A stretch of 64,000 bases of DNA from Fimbriosthenelais zetlandica (lineage: Eukaryota). Made by a program: the position numbers and the translations under genes. The number at the start of each line of letters is the position of its first letter. Position 1 is the stretch's first letter. Where the stretch lies: assembly GCA_977030845.1 (NCBI GenBank), contig OZ365113.1:15190001-15254000 (forward strand), written 5' to 3'. Shown in pieces: positions 52,866 to 64,000 of the stretch. A model generated the notes under the pieces. The model was not told the DNA's origin. It made no database searches and saw nothing but the letters and a program-made list of their open reading frames with translations.

Positions 52866-54801
52866 TCATATCTGATGTTCACTCGCTGATGTTCACCTCG
52901 CAGATCTCCTCGCAGGAGTTCAATCGCAGCATTTTTCGCAGGAAGCGTTTTCGTTAGCTGCCAGGCCAGCTAGCGCTCGCTGAACTTTTCGCAGCATTTT
53001 TCCTGCGATCATATCTTCTGCGAAAAATCGCAGCCACCTCTCGCTCTTGTTATACTACAGCCCGATTGATACAAAATATGATCTGCTCTATACTCGGTCG
53101 TGAATCTGCTGTTATTTCCTTGGCAGCACATACCTTCTTATCAGACATATACAGTGAGCTGGTGTAAATCAATTTATCTAGCGTCACCTCTATAGTTTGT
53201 ATGTTTTACATCGTCCTGATAGAGATTTGATGGCACGGGAAGGACATGACATTCTTATACTTAACAAGTTCAATGTTTATACATGTATATTAGACATTTG
53301 AAAAGAAGCACTGTCTGAGGCCACTTTCAGTGAAGTCTCTTTTATGAAGGCAGGCTCATATCAGTTTTTTGTATTGTGTATGGTGTCTTGCTAGACATAA
53401 TGTGAAAGTATACGGGTCTCATGGTTTCACATATCAGTCGAGAGTCCATGATTCTTCGGAGTACCAGCTTCGGCTTGCAGCAATTATACTCAGTCTCCTG
53501 CTTTACAACTATAGGCTGCCTACTACTTGATGCCTCTGGTTATAGCATTCCAACATGAAAGCTTGACAGAGAGCGCCAGAGAACAATTTGTCAGAACAAT
53601 TCAGATAAGTCCCGTCCTGTGCACATTTATGTTGCAAGTAGAAATGACAAGAACTCGGAAACAGTTTCCAAATTACATTGGTATGTGTTCATACTTGGAA
53701 GCCTATAATTTTCTTGCCACTGATATTTCCCCCATGCTTCATGTTTATCATCCTACCAAATGTTGGGAGGCATTTATGAATGCATATATGAATGTTGCTG
53801 GTCCCTTTAAGCAGTTGGTTCCTTTAGAAAACAAGGGTATTATATGGGCTATAATTATCTTACCATCTATGGCTTACAAGTGCCATCTCCTCCAAAGCCC
53901 AGTGTATGAGCTTAAACACAATAATTCTGCTTATAAATTACAAGAGAAAACTCACTCTTGGAAGTATGACTGACCACCCAGAAGAGCAGAGCCGTGCCAC
54001 GCACAATGTGATGTTGCACGCCAGATTCTGTTCAATGATTCTCTGCTCACTTGCTTGAACTAGGTGCTGATTTTACCATGGCAGCTTTAACGTGTCAATG
54101 TAGCAATCCTTGTATAAGACCTATCCTGAGAAATCTGCGTGCAGTGTTGGCTTCTACATGTAGCACTTAGAGGTTTTCTGTGTAGATTAGACCCAGCAAG
54201 ATTAATTCTCAGTTTTCACAAGAACTACACATGCCATGGCAAAATGTTTTCCTCAATTCCAATGGGAATTATCCATGGCACATTAAATTTTTTAATGTGA
54301 CTGTTTTACACAGATCACTTTTTATTTTATTATAGTCTTTTAATAGCACTTTCACAAAGTAGTTGAACCAAATGATAACTGCATAGTGAACTCATGGAAG
54401 CTATCCTTTATAGTCGGCCTTTTTTGCTACATCATCATTCATCCACCTTTTCCATTTAAACTAGATGTTGGAAGAAGAACTGATCAAAAAGAACGTTCCA
54501 ATTTTGTGCAGCTTTCGATTAGAAGCCACTAAAAATCTCCCTCTAATCAGCTTTAAAATCTCCACCAATAAGCAGCTCCACTGTAATTGAGGAGATCTGG
54601 GCTAGAGGTCAAACTAGCCAAGTGAGAGTGTCAATGATAGCTCTGAAACGCTATAACATGAGTTATCTTTCTTATGTATTCCACGGGTAGTATATGTAGT
54701 AAGAGTCGAATCGTTTTCTAAGGGTTCTTCCTTAATCTATATATTCGGACTCTCAAGACTCTTGGATTAGAGGAGGACCTTAAATTATATGAAGCCAGCT
54801 G

Positions 54802-55029
54802 TCATCCCTGTGCCAACCACAGATACTTTTTCCTGGTGGCCAGGGTTGATCTCTTGGACACAGCTGGATCCTCCATGCTCATAAATGACACGGCTCTGCC
54901 ATGCTCCATAAGAGGAAGCCATAAATAAGAAGTATCAGGGACACCTTGCTTGACCTCCTGGTACATAACTTCGATCCATGGATCATGATGTTTTGACGTG
55001 GTCTCTCTTCTTGAGATCCTGGATATCAC
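54802..55029 (-). mobile_element. Possible decayed LINE RT fragment
   Basis: The ORF contains EVKQGVP, like the GVPQG/GVRQG motif, and a degenerate xMED about 20 aa later. Confidence 0.25.
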
Positions 55030-58000
55030 TTCATGGTTTGTGGCTATTTTAGTCCATATCCTTGATTTACAAGTGCATTCTCATAACTCAAGAGTTCTGC
55101 AGTATATATCATTGTAACTTTCTTTCTCCTTAATCATTTTCTCAGGTGGCATATATTACAGGAATCTGTTATAAGACATCCAAATTATAATGGGATGCCT
55201 CTGCTTTCACCTATAACGAACACGTCTTATATGTAGTCCGTTATAAAGCTGAGATATACGTTGCCCGAAAATGGCTACAGCAGGATGGGGAAAGTTTGGT
55301 TCTGATCCCTAACTGTCTTGGGATGCTGACAATGAAGAATACCTGCATCTCGTGTGGAGGTTAGTTGGCCCTGGAAGCTGCCTGTTATACATTTACAGTA
55401 ACAACTTTCATTTAGGAAGTATCACTATGAGGTCGTGCATTGATGAGATATCTGACACACACCGACGCAGCCATTAACTGCGTTTCATTGTGGTCAGCTT
55501 CATCACCAAGTCACCAAGTTCTTTCGAACTAACATTATTCTTTCTGGATTTTTCTTGTGATTTTCTATGTAGGTTTTTATCTTTGTTCCCATCAATTTGT
55601 ACTTGGCAGCATACCTATATATCCCAAGCTTGGCCTCTCTTTCTGCTGAAATCCCTGGCCGAGGGTTTCCCTTTAGGAAACTCATTTGCAGCTCGAGTCG
55701 TCGGGCAGGTTTTTTCTTCCTCAACCATATCAGTCCTGCTCTATTCTATATGGGTCCTGTCCTTGCCCTTGGGCTTTTAATTTTAATACTCCATTCTTTT
55801 GCATCATAAAAAGTTGCTGAAAGGGTCAACGTGTCATGAGCAGGGGAGTCAGATCCTAGGATTTTCGCAAAGGGGGTTGGGTGGGTGTGGGGGCAGGGGG
55901 CGCCAGGCTATAGGACGAGAATCCCAAGTTTTTAGCTGAGTGACTATACTCGCAATAATTCACGTGGTCTGTGCGTACATGGGTGGAAAAAGTAAGGACA
56001 TTTTCATGCACCTTTAAGGCTTATTCATGGCAGGTGACTTGGGTCCAACCGGACACGAAACACCTGAAGTTGAATATAAACGTCTGAGGCTGATCCATCA
56101 GTGCAATCTATTACAAAATACCTATATAATGTAGCAGAAGGCTTATACCAGGAGGGGCTGTCTATATTATTTTTAAGAAATGCGACATATAGGTTAAAAT
56201 GACAAGCCTTATCAATGGAAAGCATGAAGGAAGCCCGAAGACCCAGATAAAGGCTACTCCTCCCTGTGTAAAATTGGTTCAATATGCAATGACTGGGCAT
56301 GAATCTCACCCAATCTTGCCTTTACTGGTGGGAATCAGTTGAGGACCGTTTCATCACCCATTGTGGGAATATCTATTAAGGAATGGCCCACAGGCAGGTC
56401 CTGGTCGATCAAAAAAGGCCAATCTCCGGTTAGCATAAAATTCACATTCTGAATTCTTTGCTATAATTTCAATTCCACCAACAGTGTTTTAAATACTCCA
56501 AAGGCTCTTGATTTTTTAAGAACTTCTAATGGATATGGTATTTGACCTCTCCATCGGGAAACGTGCTGGTCCAGGGCTGGAAGTCCTGATCAATTCAGGC
56601 TGTGTTGCTACAGATGGAGCTTCCTGCATGAACAGTCTCAAGGGCCAATAGTCCGTCGTGACACCTGAGGGGAAATATCCTTCATGTGCATTAAGGCCCA
56701 TTTGCAATATAAAACCCGACATCCACTTTCCTTATTCCGTGTCAAATATTCTGTGGACTAATAATTGGCCTATATATAGTCTCATTCAACAGTGATAACC
56801 TTGTTTACCTTGAACGTGAATGTCCATATTATTATTCCTGAAATATGGCAGCTTAGTCATGTGAGTGGACATGGAATGGTAATAAAAGCAGGCAAGCATA
56901 ATACTGTCTATTTCTACCAGGGTTTCTGCCTCGTTTTATATTATTAAACCAGACACCTATATAGCATTGTTATTGTCACTGATTTGTACCCAAAGGTAGA
57001 GTTGGCTTGTCTCCCCATGCCATCCTCTGGAGACAGTAGCCATGGAAACCTTCTGTGATATACACTTCTGTTTCCACTTCACCTATTGCATCTACTCCCA
57101 TTGACCTATTCTCATCTGGTATTCCTCCTGCTCCGTGGAGGGGCTGGCTTGTTGAAGTATGTACCTCATGTGATATATCTATGGTACCATTTCCCTTTTT
57201 CACTTTACCTCATATATTCATCATTATTATTCCCACTACGTCAATGCCCTTTACTTGTACCGAATCTCAGAGTCTTTCTAGTTTCTTCCTGTCTCAGGCA
57301 GGCTAAACTACCTTGTATTCCCTTGAATGTCTATTGATATACCTGAAACAGGAAATATTGAATATACCCGAGGCATATAAATTGTGCATATAAATGCTGT
57401 ATTATCCAAAGTGAGCGAACCAAAATAACTATTCAAGTTTGAGTCAAATTCTCTACGGACTATTTATTACCCCGAAGGGACTTTTATGTCCATGAAACTC
57501 TTCAGAAACCTTCAGCAAATATTCAGAACCAGCTCACGAAGGTCTCCAAAGTATGGTGACCGAGGGTTTCACTTTGCATGGATAGGGTCCTCATTGATTC
57601 TCTCTGTAATCAGATTTAAAATAGTTGTACTCATTCAGAAGAGTGGAATAACTTCACAATGCCGGATGTGAATCTGTTCTCCTATTTCTCGCTGGTCCCA
57701 TCTGTTCTACTAGAGTTAGCAGAATTGGGAGTTGGCTAGACAAAAGAGGCTCCATGGGGATCATTTGCCTTTGTCATGGCCAGATCTCTTTAAGTTTTAA
57801 ATTACACCATCCACATCACTTTGCATGTCAGTGCCACGTCTCAGATTGGAAATAATATATATTGAAAAAGTTGTTGAGATCTATTTCTGATACAAAACCG
57901 ATCGACACATGAAGAGATTCCTTATTTTTCTCACTAAGAGTGTCATATTCTGCTAATGACTCATCTTTCCATCGGTTGAAAGCGAGAAATCCTCTTTTCT

Positions 58001-59444
58001 TAACATAGTATCCAGACGCAGAGCAATAATTATTGTAAGGTTTACCGAAATCTGCTAGGAGAAGATGACTCTGACCAGGCTGTAAATCAACCTTGTAGTG
58101 TCATGGTCAGAATAATCTACATACATATTTTACTGGGCAGCCTGAGTAAATCACTTATTATGGGTGGAGTTTCAAGGCATCTCTGCTCCCATTTGTCCAT
58201 TATTCTGGCCACTTTTCACACCATAAGATGGTGACTGGGGTCGAATCATTTTCCCAGTCTTAGTCCGAATCATACTTGAATAATACGAGTCCATTTGTTA
58301 CTTGACATATGCGCCTGCTGAATGAAACCGTGTGAAATGACCCTGTGTGGGGGAAAATGATGAAATGCCTAAATAGTTTTCTTTGACATATATGCAAATG
58401 GAAGAATAACAATGGAAAACTTATTTGTTTCACTGCATTGTGTAAGTTAGAATAACAAATGGCCCTCTTCAAAAATGAGTGCACTGGAATAGCTCTTCAA
58501 TATCAGCTATATCATTGACCATTAGATCTCAGTGTTGCGGATAATCCAACATCTATATCAATAAATCAAATAGAAAGTAGGTATAATTTGTCCGATTTAT
58601 ATCCACAAAGTACCAAACATTAATGCACTGCATTCTTAGAGGCAGTATCTTATTTTTATGGAGTACAATCATGGACTTGGCTCAGTGATAGTATCGCCAT
58701 CTAGCATTTTTATCATGTTGCATTCTGATGGAATTCTATGAGTTTGTTCTTTTTATTATTGCTACCGATATAGAGGCTTAGCATAAAAGGAAAACATATA
58801 GCTTATCTCTTAATGCTTTATTGCTATATCCGTAACAGACCTGATAATAGTGCATAAAATATAGGCCTGGCCTATCTGTCATGTATTATATTTGACTTCT
58901 TCGATTAAATCACAGCTTCAAGGTTAATGTTATCACTTGTACAATTGTTTGACACCTGTAATATTGGCGACCTCCTGTAAAAGGTTAATGCAATACCATT
59001 GCTGTGAGCGTCTTGTGAAGGACCATCACCCATTAGCACTATGGGATCCTTATGATGGTCTTTTTATTAATCCCTCGAGGACATGTATTCCTCCGTCATA
59101 ATAGGAAACACAAAACGAGAAATGAAGCTGGAATCCCAGTTGAAGCAGAAATGGCCGGATGTTGGATGGAGTCAGGACGTGCAGGAGTTCTTTCGGCTCA
59201 ATTGTTGCTATGGTGACCGATGCTGAGGTCAAGGCCGGGGTCCAGACCAGCATACAGGTGAACCCTTATAGAGTACATTGTATTCACATGGGGTCTCCCA
59301 GTTGTCCTTCCTTTTAGGCTGTGATTAATTAGCTGTTGTCAGTAGGAATTTGTCAACGAGGAAACTCTCATAGAAACAGGCTCATTGTGCAACAGGCAAA
59401 GAAACAATCATAAAGAATACAAAATGCATATCAATATGGAAAAT

Positions 59445-59707
59445 GAGTTTCACTTTTTCCAGACAGGGAAAACTCAGGGAATTTGAGAAAAACTGGAAAA
59501 AATCAGGGAAAACTCAGAGAATATCAAAACTGACTCAGAAGGATAATCTTTCGGAGGTTGACGCGTACAATCCCATGCCCTCCAGTGAAGTTCAGTGTGC
59601 TTTTATATGACTAAAATTTTTATATGACTGGAATTTAAGGGTTTACTCAGAGAGAAAATCAGGGAAAACTTAGGGAATTATGCTTTCATGAACTGCTGGG
59701 AACCCTG
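59445..59707. mobile_element. hAT-like non-autonomous element (CAGGGTT terminus) with repeated CAGGGAAAACT subterminal motifs; left end decayed
   Basis: The right end reads CAGGGTTCCCAGCAG on the minus strand from 59707. CAGGGAAAACT or CAGGGAATT motifs occur at about 59464, 59475, 59504, 59660 and 59671. No TSD was found. Confidence 0.6.
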
Positions 59708-60329
59708 TAATATTTACCCCAGGAACTCATTTATGTCAAGGTGATCCAATTAAGATATGATACACCATGCTCAGAACATTGTCTTGTGAAGTCAATTTTT
59801 TTTCATCATGGAAGAAATGACATCAATCCTGGTTCTCTCAGGATGAGATGTAGTTTGATGATTGGATTTTACTTGGATTTACCGATTTCTTATATTGAAA
59901 GGATCATACTCATAGTCACTCATACTTGGAAATTGGCTCGCGCGGACTTTCAATAACACAATGTAAAAACAATTTAGTACGACTGTAAATTGCTGCTTAG
60001 AAGTGAAAAAGATGTCTGGAGGAGGGTTCTATATATCTAAGAGAAGCACTGCATGAGTACTAGGCCTACCTCATCTCTTAAAAACATTCTTTGATGGAGC
60101 TAAGCTCCTGTCTCATGAGATAGCTCTTCCATGTAGAGTGAGCTGAGGAGAGAATCAGAGGACATGAAAGTTTTTTTTCTTTGATAACCAAAGGTTGATG
60201 TGATAAGGCCAATCTTATGTATGTTGAAGTCCTATGTTCTTTGTAAGGGAATCTCATCTTATATATATATGGAATGATGGAAGCAAGGAAGAGGATCAAT
60301 GATAGACTAGAATCGCTCAGTCAAACATC

Positions 60330-60800
60330 TAGTAATAATCATTCTGATCTTCCGGGAAGAAGTTGGACAGTACAGAAGGTCCAATCTTGGGGATGTAGAA
60401 CCTTATAATTATAAGAGGTGTATTCAACACTGTAGCTCTAAATGTTGCTGTTATGTCTGTGATAATGATATACTCTATAGACCTCGCTGTCTTCCATCAG
60501 TCGAACACTTTTCCTCCCGTAACCAGCTGTATCGTAGATACGGTACCAAGCAGTGTTTCACAGGCAGTGGTAGTTATCCTCTTTATAAAAAGTAGAGTTA
60601 AGCTGTCTGGATTTGATCCGATTATTGGACAGGTGCTAATGGGCGAGAAGGGCAGCAAACCTTTTGATCACCTTCTCCTTACCCTCAATCCATCCGCAGC
60701 AGTTCATCTCCCCAACTGTTTTACTGTTTGTTTTCCGGTAGGCCTATTACTTTTCGTTTGCATTATGTTCTTTCAATTCTCATCTTCCTCACACATCTCT
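60330..60800 (-). mobile_element. Possible decayed LINE ORF1 (RRM-type) relic
   Basis: The minus strand gives RKVIGLPENK (like RIxGLPE) and later YIIITDITATFRA (like IFINEDLT), with stops and frameshifts. Confidence 0.3.
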
Positions 60801-61953
60801 TCGTCTGTCTATTCACCTGTATATCTATTCCATGATGCACATTCCTTGCTAGGATATAAAATCATTCTGGAGATTAAATCAGATTAATTAGATTAAATCA
60901 GACCATACCGTCTCAAGCAATCGGATGTTCCTAATGGAGGCGCCGTATTTAATTCATCTATTTTCTATCCATTCATGACTGCATCTATCTGTAATTAATT
61001 TAGTGTTGAAGAGTTCGTCTTCGCCAGCAGTATAATCTTTCTTCATTATGTATATTGCTCTGCCCATGAACTAATTATTTTGTGAACATTGAGTATACTA
61101 ATGAATGACTCTTATATCACCTCTCGAAAGGTAGAAATGTCAGAGTCAATGTGAGATTGTTCAATATGCAGATAGCTTCAGTTTAATATAATCATATTTG
61201 GTTTAAAATTACATCCCTATTATTTATTTCCGATTAATACAAAAACAACCTATCATTTCAGCATCTGGCAGACGATCATCACAAGAGATGGCATGATTAC
61301 ATATAAGGAAGGTGAATAACAAGGATCTAGATTCAAGTGAAGAAATCCTCCTCCTAAGACAGGTGAATAATTGACTTTTATGCAGCATAAAATTGCGATC
61401 CAGTGATTAAGAAATACTGTGAAGGCCATTAACACCCACGTACAATTATAGAGGCTTCTTGGTGATGTGACAAATGATACCCCTTTCATCTTCTAAATCT
61501 ACCCATTACGTGCATATCCCATGGGAAAATCTTATTCATGTCGATGTGGTAGCGGCCACAATGCATTAACATTATGTTTGAGCCACCACAACCTGTTGAC
61601 ACAAGACAGCTTTGGATAGGATTTTCTCCATGGGTTTTCTGCCTCACCCTAATGGTTTCTTTCGCCCGCTCCCCTGTACTTATTGCCCATATCCCCTTAA
61701 AGACCCTTTACATTACTGACTGAAACATGTACAAAACAAAGAAAAACCGTATAGTTTTCGGCTACAGAAGCATTATATGACAGTCCACTGATATCATCTA
61801 GTTCTCTCGCTAGTTTTAGTTTTATTCTCCATGAAAATTTGCATTGGATTACAATGAAAGCAGTGATGTTATTACTATGTAAATGTAAAGACATATACAT
61901 GTCCAATGACCCGGTCAACGTATCTATTGCATCCAACAGCATGGAAAGTGCTA

Positions 61954-62090
61954 AAATATGGCAATGACAACAAATGATTTCCTCCATGTGTAGATGACAG
62001 CAAACTTGTTAGTTATACACACTTATAGATACTGTACTTACAATGAACCTGCCAGCTGAAGGCTCATTCATCATCATGTTCAACTTGCTC
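61954..62090 (+). mobile_element. Possible decayed CR1-type RT fragment
   Basis: It reads KYGND..*FPPCVDDSKLV in one frame, like YINDL...YVDDTTL. Confidence 0.25.
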
Positions 62091-63129
62091 CATTCTGACA
62101 GCTTTGTCCCAATGCTTTAAACAGACGTTGACAGCTATTCCTGAAGCTTTCAGTCAAGGTGACCAGGGTCATCTACATCAAAGTATGCTATGCTTAATGG
62201 CCTGAAGCAAACTCCTCAAGTCAACTGTCCATTCTTTGCTAGAGTCCTTTTCACCTCATATTGATTCATTCAAGGAAACATGTGCTTGAAGAAATTGCCC
62301 ATGGAATCGGCAATTGGAATTGTAATAGGGTGAGGATGTGGGGACTTGCTGGCAGTGTATTGTGCCTGCCTGCTATGATGAATGGACCTGCTAAAATTAT
62401 GATAAAGTAAATAATCTAAACCATTTGATGGGTAATTTTATGGCTTGCTAACTCCCATATATATTTTCAATGTCCATATGGCTCAAACCATTGTACATAC
62501 ATGTACATGAGAAATCTGTAAACGTCATTTATAAACCTCCTGAAAGTTGAGACTATTTATTATAATTCCTATTTTAAAGATTTCACATTATATTCGGGGC
62601 AACATGCCGTTAGCAGTTTCACCAAATCTTTGATGTGAGCATGACAGACATATACACGCCCTTATTGCTGCTCCCCGGGCAATATAGTGTGTTGCCATCT
62701 TCTTCCATCACAGGAACAAAGCCTATGAAACTTGACCTCAGAAAAAGTGAATAACCTCGAGGAACGTAACAAAGCGAAAAAGGTAGACTAGTCTCAGATG
62801 ACAAAAACTCATGGCTTCTTCAATGTCATACCTCCCAGAGAAGTACATTATAGGAGCTAATAATCAATGCTGAAGAATTAATATGTACATGTGTATATTA
62901 TAATGATTTTATGGGACATATATATATATTATTACTCATGTACGGCATGTAATCTGAGGCGCACATCCTCAGGAGAATATTATCAGTGAAGCAGAGGATG
63001 AAGATGACGTTGAATACAATAGTATTTGACAAAATCTTTCTCTGGTTCCATGGAATGCCTTACAAATGACAGGTAGAATAAATTAGGATATTAGATCTGA
63101 TTTAATCTTTCTATAGTCTTCAATTTAAT

Positions 63130-63670
63130 CAGCTCAATCTGAAACTGAAAATCTTTAGTGTTACAATATCCAAATGTGACAATACATTGTCTGAAAGGGC
63201 TTATGTCTCAGTGGCAGGTCCATTAGAATTTCTTATAACCTAGAGTAATCTCTAGAGGGCTGTGTTCAGTAAGCCATCATTGTTTCCTCTAAAATTACTT
63301 CCTACAATTTTAACATTTCTGGTTACATCCGGGCATCCTGTCTCCGAAACAACCACGCAGACCACTTCTTTAAGAACATCTCAATGATAAATTAATTTTA
63401 TCAATTCCTCTTCCACTTCACATGTTAAGGAGTCCACTATGACTAAGATAATCATATTTCTGACTTCTGAATCCGGAATTCATTGGATAGAATCATAAGA
63501 ACTTGGTCATACCACAGTGAGTGTGCCATGCATGTGAAATCAAACCAGTGTTTGTTTGGCATGGGTAGCCATCCAGTGAAGGTGTTGTTTTATTGTGATT
63601 TGTGTCCGAACTAATGATACTGTTAGATTCCCCCGAGGACTTTCAAATTGTGTATGAACCAGTATATCCT
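63130..63670 (-). pseudogene. Possible decayed NACHT-like relic
   Basis: One frame reads IILVIVDSL...ELIKLIYH*DVLKEVVCVVVS...TRNVKIVG, with stops. Confidence 0.3.
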
Positions 63671-64000
63671 GTTACGAAACAAAAACCAGCAAAGCCATTT
63701 ATATTTACCTACTAAACAATAATTAAATTTAGTTCAGGAATATCATGAACCTCATGTAACCTAGAATCAAACCCTATAATATTCCCTTTGATTTAAGTCT
63801 GTACTTTTATTGTCAATTGAGACGTACTGTTAACAAAATGACAGATTGACTCTCTCAGTTGATCATTTCTTCAGTTCACAAAGTTGTTATTTTAAGCAAT
63901 TCGTCCCTCCTTGCTTCCGTTAAGTGACAGACATGGTAGAAGTATGAAAAATTCTCTGAAGCATCTATAATTGAGAGTTGTCAGTGTCTGGGTGTGAAGA

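Larger units (their letters stand above)
51677..53060. mobile_element. Non-autonomous foldback/TIR DNA transposon, superfamily unassigned
   Basis: Terminal inverted repeats of 96 bp (51677-51772 and 52965-53060) start CTGTAGTATAACAAGAGCGAGAGG and differ at 5 positions. CCC flanks both ends and may be a 2-3 bp TSD. The interior holds tandem arrays and no transposase. Confidence 0.9.

Noticed and set aside
51764-52889. Five ORFs with ITISQ, ITISE, MVISD, IATAKFS and CCYGKFR repeats
   Set aside because: They are by-products of 15-bp and 21-bp units (multiples of 3) in the foldback element, are open on both strands, and have no gene context.
53527-53973. 148-aa ORF
   Set aside because: No recognisable motif or splice context, and its length is at chance level.
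55205-55255. CTATAACGAAC...GTCCGTTATAA hairpin resembling a Tigger/pogo MITE interior
   Set aside because: The termini and TA TSD are not visible, so it is too fragmentary to call.
60453-60887. 144-aa plus-strand ORF
   Set aside because: Low-information hydrophobic/Ser composition; more likely the antisense of a decayed LINE ORF1-like sequence.

Overview
This is AT-rich (roughly 40% GC by eye) eukaryotic genomic DNA, most likely from a marine invertebrate. A lophotrochozoan such as an annelid is inferred from the receptor type and the repeat families, but this is unverified. Only one intact protein-coding gene is supported: an intronless class A GPCR of the FMRFamide-receptor/GPR139-like group (19064-20221, minus strand). 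It has a spliced 5' UTR that contains a short uORF. The rest is intergenic or intronic and carries many transposon relics: short TIR and palindromic MITEs, a tRNA-derived SINE, and heavily decayed LINE and LTR fragments. The most structured non-genic object is a young 1.38-kb foldback element (51677-53060). It has 96-bp TIRs, internal 15-bp and 21-bp arrays arranged partly inverted and partly direct, and a core rich in TAGGCCTA. I also see three stop- and frameshift-ridden stretches whose motif order resembles NACHT/STAND NTPases, and a few isolated exon-like segments; all of these are low-confidence, by-eye calls. Almost all other ORFs in the track look like chance or repeat-derived frames. 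I cannot demonstrate a novel biological system in this window.
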